Position numbers and translations under genes: made by a program
Assembly (NCBI GenBank): GCA_951406725.2
Contig: OX597823.1
Span: 44,268,001 to 44,332,000, forward strand
Direction of reading: 5' to 3'
DNA from: Octopus vulgaris
Taxonomy: Eukaryota
Length of the DNA stretch: 64,000 bases
The notes under the pieces: generated by a model
The model's input: the letters and a program-made list of their open reading frames with translations, nothing else
Told to the model about the DNA's origin: nothing
Databases searched by the model: none
Shown: positions 62,301-64,000 of the stretch, one piece after another
Layout of the letters: each line of letters starts with the position of its first letter
Numbering within the stretch: the first letter of the stretch is position 1

Positions 62301-63054
62301 GTCAGAAAGGCCTTGTTGAGGAAGATTTTCTACAGCCAGGAAGCCCTTCCTGTCACCAGCAATGTTCTGTTTCCAAACAAAGTATTATTTGGTAGACAGA
62401 AACTGAAAGAAGTCTATCATTTGTATCTATATGCGAGAGTGTGCGTATGTGAGCTTGTGTATTTTTTTTTATACATTTGTGCTCTAGAAACATCAAAAGC
62501 TACAATCTATGTTATTGTTATCACTTCTGTCTACTCACTTTGCATCTTTGAAGACAAACCCTTATTTAAAAAGCAGAGAAAGGTTAGCAACACGAAGGGC
62601 ATCTGGTTGTAATACAACTCATCAATAATACATTCATCTAACACATGAATAAACCAATGAAATATTTATGGTCACTGATGAACATAAATGAAATGAACTT
62701 TCATTTACCTGCTTTGTTCTATTATATATAGTTCACAGGACTATTACCAATGAATGTTGTGAATATGTTGAGTTACTGATAACAAAATTTTAAGTCAGAA
62801 AAATTAGGTAGAAGCCATTGTAACAAAAACAAAAAAAGTGGTTATGATCAGTGTAAGACTTAACTGCCAGACAAAATTCACAATTCAAAAACCATAAAAT
62901 AGCAGCCGTTATAAAGTGTTCCTACCAGCTGCAGACCTTAAAATAATGAAGCAAAGAACAACAAAGCAAAAATTACCTCTGTATCTGTTGGACCTCCCCA
63001 AGCTTCAGGATGGAACTGGGCCGTAAATATAGGACGTGATGTGTGCATAATACC
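14660..63054 (-). CDS. CPS1: Carbamoyl-phosphate synthetase, NAG-dependent CPS I/III type; 5'-partial multi-exon gene (26 exons in window)
   Basis: 26 GT-AG exons splice in frame to 1141 aa + TAG; motifs AQFHPE (amidotransferase), [70 protein letters not shown]; ends after the allosteric domain with no DHOase/ATCase fusion. Confidence 0.96.
14902..15178. mobile_element. hAT-type MITE
   Basis: TIR CAGTGGGTCTTAACT / AGTTGAGAACCACTG; 8-bp TSD tgttagag / tgttggag. Confidence 0.8.
16055..16392 (+). mobile_element. tRNA-derived SINE, full length
   Basis: A box TGGCTCAGTGG, B-box-like AGCTCGAATCC; 13-bp TSD tgtcctcacagga at 16042-16054 and 16393-16405. Confidence 0.9.
17918..18047 (-). CDS. CPS1: CPS exon, 130 nt ([43 protein letters not shown])
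   Basis: ttacag acceptor, GAG|gtcagt donor. Confidence 0.95.
19183..19295 (-). CDS. CPS1: CPS exon, 113 nt ([38 protein letters not shown])
   Basis: Uncommon aag acceptor after a pyrimidine tract, AA|gtaagc donor; phase 0-2 fits neighbours; read by hand. Confidence 0.9.
19885..20049 (-). CDS. CPS1: CPS exon, 165 nt ([15 protein letters not shown]...LSDLGYK)
   Basis: atcag acceptor, AAG|gtatgt donor; start of MGS-like allosteric domain. Confidence 0.94.
20311..20556 (+). mobile_element. tRNA-derived SINE (same head/core as 16055, different tail)
   Basis: TGGCTTAGTAG...GGTTTCGATTCC boxes; shared cttgagcaa...tgctccagtccactcagctg core; a related copy at ~59955-60230. Confidence 0.8.
21040..21690 (-). 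mobile_element. Three tandem copies of a SINE with gccttYcatccttt core
   Basis: Three repeats of ...aaggatgaaaggcaaagtc...gaatttgaactcag... separated by (AAT)n; same family as 39130-39360. Confidence 0.75.
22244..22318 (-). CDS. CPS1: CPS exon, 75 nt ([25 protein letters not shown])
   Basis: ctacag acceptor, GAA|gtaagt donor. Confidence 0.96.
22760..23010 (+). mobile_element. (GAT)n-tailed retroposon
   Basis: Same family as 23480-23955. Confidence 0.75.
23092..23262 (-). CDS. CPS1: CPS exon, 171 nt ([18 protein letters not shown]...YVGIK)
   Basis: ttacag acceptor, AAG|gtatgg donor. Confidence 0.96.
23480..23955 (+). mobile_element. (GAT)n-tailed retroposon with internal ~60-68 bp tandem repeats
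   Basis: Four ...ACGTAAAAWGCAC units then common 3' body and GATGATGAT tail. Confidence 0.8.
24090..24360 (+). mobile_element. (GAT)n-tailed retroposon
   Basis: Two repeat units plus 3' body. Confidence 0.75.
24531..24620 (-). CDS. CPS1: CPS exon, 90 nt ([30 protein letters not shown])
   Basis: ttccag acceptor, AAG|gtaatt donor; read by hand. Confidence 0.94.
25180..25740 (-). mobile_element. RTE-type LINE RT remnant
   Basis: Minus strand [37 protein letters not shown] (decayed QGSxLSP...YADD). Confidence 0.75.
26665..26772 (-). CDS. CPS1: CPS exon, 108 nt ([36 protein letters not shown])
   Basis: ctccag acceptor, AAT|gtaagt donor; [13 protein letters not shown] motif. Confidence 0.96.
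26790..27320. repeat. Low-complexity GA-rich tract (polypyrimidine on the transcribed strand)
   Basis: Almost the whole 561-nt intron is A/G on +; explains the F/L/S-rich spurious ORF extensions. Confidence 0.8.
27334..27555 (-). CDS. CPS1: CPS exon, 222 nt ([29 protein letters not shown]...MDAVADHGH)
   Basis: cacag acceptor (A-rich, see findings), CAT|gtaaat donor; RPSYxLSGxAM motif. Confidence 0.93.
28750..29145 (+). mobile_element. (GAT)n-tailed retroposon with four repeat units
   Basis: Same family as 23480-23955. Confidence 0.75.
29205..29399 (-). CDS. CPS1: CPS exon, 195 nt ([18 protein letters not shown]...[10 protein letters not shown])
   Basis: ttttag acceptor, TTG|gtaagt donor; [11 protein letters not shown] motif. 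Confidence 0.95.
29584..29995 (+). mobile_element. Second copy of the Penelope-like terminal repeat seen at 219-640
   Basis: Reverse-complement homolog of 240-610; flanked by TA repeats; carries the permuted hammerhead motif at 29845-29920. Confidence 0.75.
30122..31130. mobile_element. Possible Helitron/Helentron-type non-autonomous element with diverged internal tandem repeats
   Basis: Starts tagctgtaatacccg...ggg; ~195-bp repeats at ~30290 and ~30483, partial third at ~30675; acaaacaaacaca near right end; no TSD seen. Confidence 0.35.
31262..31372 (-). CDS. CPS1: CPS exon, 111 nt ([37 protein letters not shown])
   Basis: tttctag acceptor, GAG|gtgagt donor; NPETVSTD motif. Confidence 0.95.
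31633..32152 (+). mobile_element. tRNA-derived SINE family 2 (with internal insertion)
   Basis: TGGTTGTGTGG A box, GGTTCATTCCC B box; same family as 37773, 39719, 51863, 57715. Confidence 0.8.
32750..32884 (-). CDS. CPS1: CPS exon, 135 nt ([45 protein letters not shown])
   Basis: ttttgtag acceptor, ACC|gtatgt donor; start of second ATP-grasp half; read by hand. Confidence 0.94.
34231..34296 (-). CDS. CPS1: CPS exon, 66 nt ([22 protein letters not shown])
   Basis: ccag acceptor, ATG|gtaagt donor. Confidence 0.95.
34446..34605. repeat. 79-bp tandem duplication
   Basis: tcaggtcaggagtgctactggtaat...gactagaccagta x2 with 2 mismatches. Confidence 0.9.
35416..35557 (-). CDS. CPS1: CPS exon, 142 nt ([22 protein letters not shown]...IIPWVKQ)
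   Basis: tttctag acceptor, CAG|gtatgt donor; AKxxGFSDKQ motif; read by hand. Confidence 0.94.
36570..37190 (-). mobile_element. RTE-type LINE 3' end joined to (GAT)n-tailed 3' body
   Basis: ORF 36990-37181 [26 protein letters not shown]; continues into the tail shared with the short retroposons. Confidence 0.7.
37773..38178 (-). mobile_element. tRNA-derived SINE family 2, full length
   Basis: Reverse complement of 51863-52250. Confidence 0.85.
38598..38939 (-). mobile_element. tRNA-derived SINE family 1, full length
   Basis: Reverse complement of 16055-16392; older copy at ~53695-53992. Confidence 0.88.
39130..39360 (-). mobile_element. SINE with Meta/Sauria-like core
   Basis: Minus strand gaggtcgactttgcctttcatcctttcggggtcgataaa core; CpG-rich, apparently young copy. 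Confidence 0.75.
39452..39570 (-). CDS. CPS1: CPS exon, 119 nt ([25 protein letters not shown]...)
   Basis: ttag acceptor, AA|gtaagt donor; TxIDxWFL oligomerisation-domain motif; read by hand. Confidence 0.94.
39719..40105 (-). mobile_element. tRNA-derived SINE family 2
   Basis: Diverged homolog of 37773-38178. Confidence 0.75.
40938..41114 (-). CDS. CPS1: CPS exon, 177 nt ([18 protein letters not shown]...IHSIAK)
   Basis: tgtag acceptor, AAG|gtgagg donor. Confidence 0.95.
41419..42486 (+). mobile_element. piggyBac deletion derivative (copy 2)
   Basis: TTAA at 41415-41418 and 42487-42490; TIRs CCCTTTCATTAC/GTAACGAAAGGG; ORF 41791-42117 nearly identical to 8122-8412. Confidence 0.92.
42695..42893 (-). 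CDS. CPS1: CPS exon, 199 nt ([13 protein letters not shown]...SMKSVGE)
   Basis: ttcag acceptor, GAA|gtaagt donor; [18 protein letters not shown] motif. Confidence 0.96.
44973..45106 (-). CDS. CPS1: CPS exon, 134 nt ([17 protein letters not shown]...[19 protein letters not shown])
   Basis: tag acceptor after poly-T tract, GG|gtaggt donor; read by hand. Confidence 0.95.
47143..47219 (-). CDS. CPS1: CPS exon, 77 nt ([26 protein letters not shown])
   Basis: cttacag acceptor, AAA|gtaagt donor; read by hand. Confidence 0.94.
47849..48175 (-). mobile_element. tRNA-headed element with decayed hammerhead and inverted 5' end, nested in a SINE
   Basis: tRNA-like head 48036-48107; CUGAUGA...GAGA-CGUU at 47895-47940; 16-bp TSD-like aactcagaaYatagca at 47833-47848 and 48176-48191. 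Confidence 0.7.
48527..49135 (-). mobile_element. RTE-type LINE RT remnant
   Basis: [21 protein letters not shown] and [35 protein letters not shown] in ORF track. Confidence 0.8.
50330..51056 (-). mobile_element. Tc1/mariner (maT/DD37D-like) transposon, 3'-truncated pseudogene
   Basis: TA-CAGGGTGTATC terminus at 51056; HTH region [10 protein letters not shown]...[17 protein letters not shown]; catalytic WFFSDEKN...VMVLGVIS; frameshifted. Confidence 0.8.
51087..51231 (-). CDS. CPS1: CPS exon, 145 nt ([27 protein letters not shown]...PLGVHT)
   Basis: tttcag acceptor, G|gtaaaa donor; [12 protein letters not shown] motif. Confidence 0.96.
51863..52250 (+). mobile_element. tRNA-derived SINE family 2, full length
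   Basis: A/B boxes, internal (TA)n(TG)n, A-rich tail. Confidence 0.85.
53458..53586 (-). CDS. CPS1: CPS exon, 129 nt ([29 protein letters not shown]...VVNH)
   Basis: tttcag acceptor, gtacgt donor; ATP-grasp glycine loop. Confidence 0.94.
56140..56700 (+). mobile_element. RTE-type LINE remnant
   Basis: Diverged reverse complement of 48527-48950. Confidence 0.55.
57437..57594 (-). CDS. CPS1: CPS exon, 158 nt ([13 protein letters not shown]...LAPSFAVEN)
   Basis: tag acceptor, gtgagt donor; TEDRQIF motif; phase 1-0. Confidence 0.95.
57715..58040 (-). mobile_element. tRNA-derived SINE family 2
   Basis: Diverged homolog of 37773-38178. Confidence 0.7.
58342..58531 (-). CDS. CPS1: CPS exon, 190 nt ([18 protein letters not shown]...MGGQTALNC)
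   Basis: ccag acceptor, G|gtaagt donor; NPNIASVQT and GGQTALN motifs. Confidence 0.96.
59726..59821 (-). CDS. CPS1: CPS exon, 96 nt ([32 protein letters not shown])
   Basis: Canonical splice sites; hallmark CPS large-subunit N-terminal motif. Confidence 0.96.
61174..61269 (-). CDS. CPS1: CPS exon, 96 nt ([32 protein letters not shown])
   Basis: atttcag acceptor, AAG|gtatgt donor; linker between amidotransferase and synthetase parts, phase 0-0. Confidence 0.88.
61380..61850 (-). mobile_element. Mariner transposase remnant
   Basis: [34 protein letters not shown] resembles mariner HTH region; heavily decayed. Confidence 0.55.
62054..62270. mobile_element. Possible TTAA-specific (piggyBac-type) MITE
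   Basis: TTAA on both sides, imperfect TIRs (9/14), interrupts the TTAA of a (CAT)n-tailed retroposon. Confidence 0.45.
62977..63054 (-). CDS. CPS1: CPS exon, 78 nt ([26 protein letters not shown])
   Basis: tttcag acceptor, GAG|gtaatt donor; contains His-x-Glu of the amidotransferase triad; not in ORF track in this frame. Confidence 0.93.
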
Positions 63055-64000
63055 CTGAAAGAATAATAATTATAATAATGATGATGGTGATGATGATGAT
63101 GATAATAATGGAGTGAAAGAGTATGAGGAGGATAAAGAGTAAAGGCAAAAGGAAGAGAAAGGAAAATAATTTCTAACATTTGCACAAGATCAAAAATTAG
63201 AAATGTTTTAATTATTTGCTATATGTAATTGGTGTTTGTTACATCATTTCTAGAAGGAAGCAACACGAACTGAAACCCTGAAAGACGGATATATGCTTAT
63301 GTGTACACATTATTATCATTATCATAATTTATGTCTTTCCGTTTTTTTGCTGGCATGAGTTAGAGTTATCACAGTCCAAGTCAGTTCTTATTTATAGTTA
63401 CTGCTCTCCTTGATGGGTCTGAGATCAACAACATACTTGTTCATTCCATTTTTTGCATAGTTTCTATGGCTGGATGTCCTTCCTATCACTGACCCTTGGC
63501 AGATTTTATCTTGAAAATCACCTGTGTAAATTACACAGGATAAAATTTGTTAAAAAAAGCTTCTATTCATGTAAAATCTGCACCCAAAAGTTTTCAGAAT
63601 TGCTGATATAGCCAGGGGAAAAAGGTTTTCAATTTAGTTGTATTTAGCATTATTTCACTTACTTATTGGATTTTATTAAATTTTCATTAAATAAGAATAA
63701 TTTCTGTCTAACAGGTATCACATTGAAAGCTATTAAATTACAATTGTGTTGTTTATAATAAACTTCATTTTACCTTTCCTGCCCACAAGAGATTATGTCC
63801 TATCTTTAGCATACTGTTGTATGTTTTTTCAAATCACGATCACAGGAAAAGTTGTTGATAAGAATTACCAACAAAAACAGAGCTGATAAATACATACAGG
63901 TGTTGCAAATTAAGTTTCATTACCAATAAACATCAGCTTGGATGACACTTTACTCAACTGACAGAGAAAGGTGACTGATCAAACTGATTGTGTAAACAAA

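Noticed and set aside
63055-64000. Further upstream CPS exon
   Set aside because: No frame with the expected QNHG...NDxTNE sequence; upstream exons are outside the window.

Overview
AT-rich, repeat-dense animal genomic DNA; the SINE/LINE landscape looks like an octopus (inference from repeat families I recognise, not from a search). One protein-coding gene dominates: the 3' ~three-quarters (26 exons, 3426 nt, 1141 aa + stop, all GT-AG, phases consistent) of a minus-strand N-acetylglutamate-type carbamoyl-phosphate synthetase (CPS1/CPS III-like, not CAD), running from 63054 down to a TAG at 14660; the 5' exons lie beyond the right edge. Introns and the downstream 14.6 kb are filled with tRNA-derived SINEs, RTE/CR1/Hero LINE remnants, Penelope-like elements, two near-identical piggyBac deletion derivatives, and Tc1/mariner and hAT relics. 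The most notable signals are RNA-level: (i) a textbook minimal type I hammerhead ribozyme in a 353-nt retrozyme-like unit (5564-5983); (ii) a repeat present twice (307-452 minus, 29783-29928 plus) carrying all three hammerhead core strands in a scrambled, non-circularly permuted order joined by a canonical kink-turn; (iii) a tRNA-headed element carrying a decayed hammerhead and a Penelope-style inverted end. Ribozyme calls are from manual pairing only and are untested. Repeat boundaries without a stated TSD/TIR are approximate.
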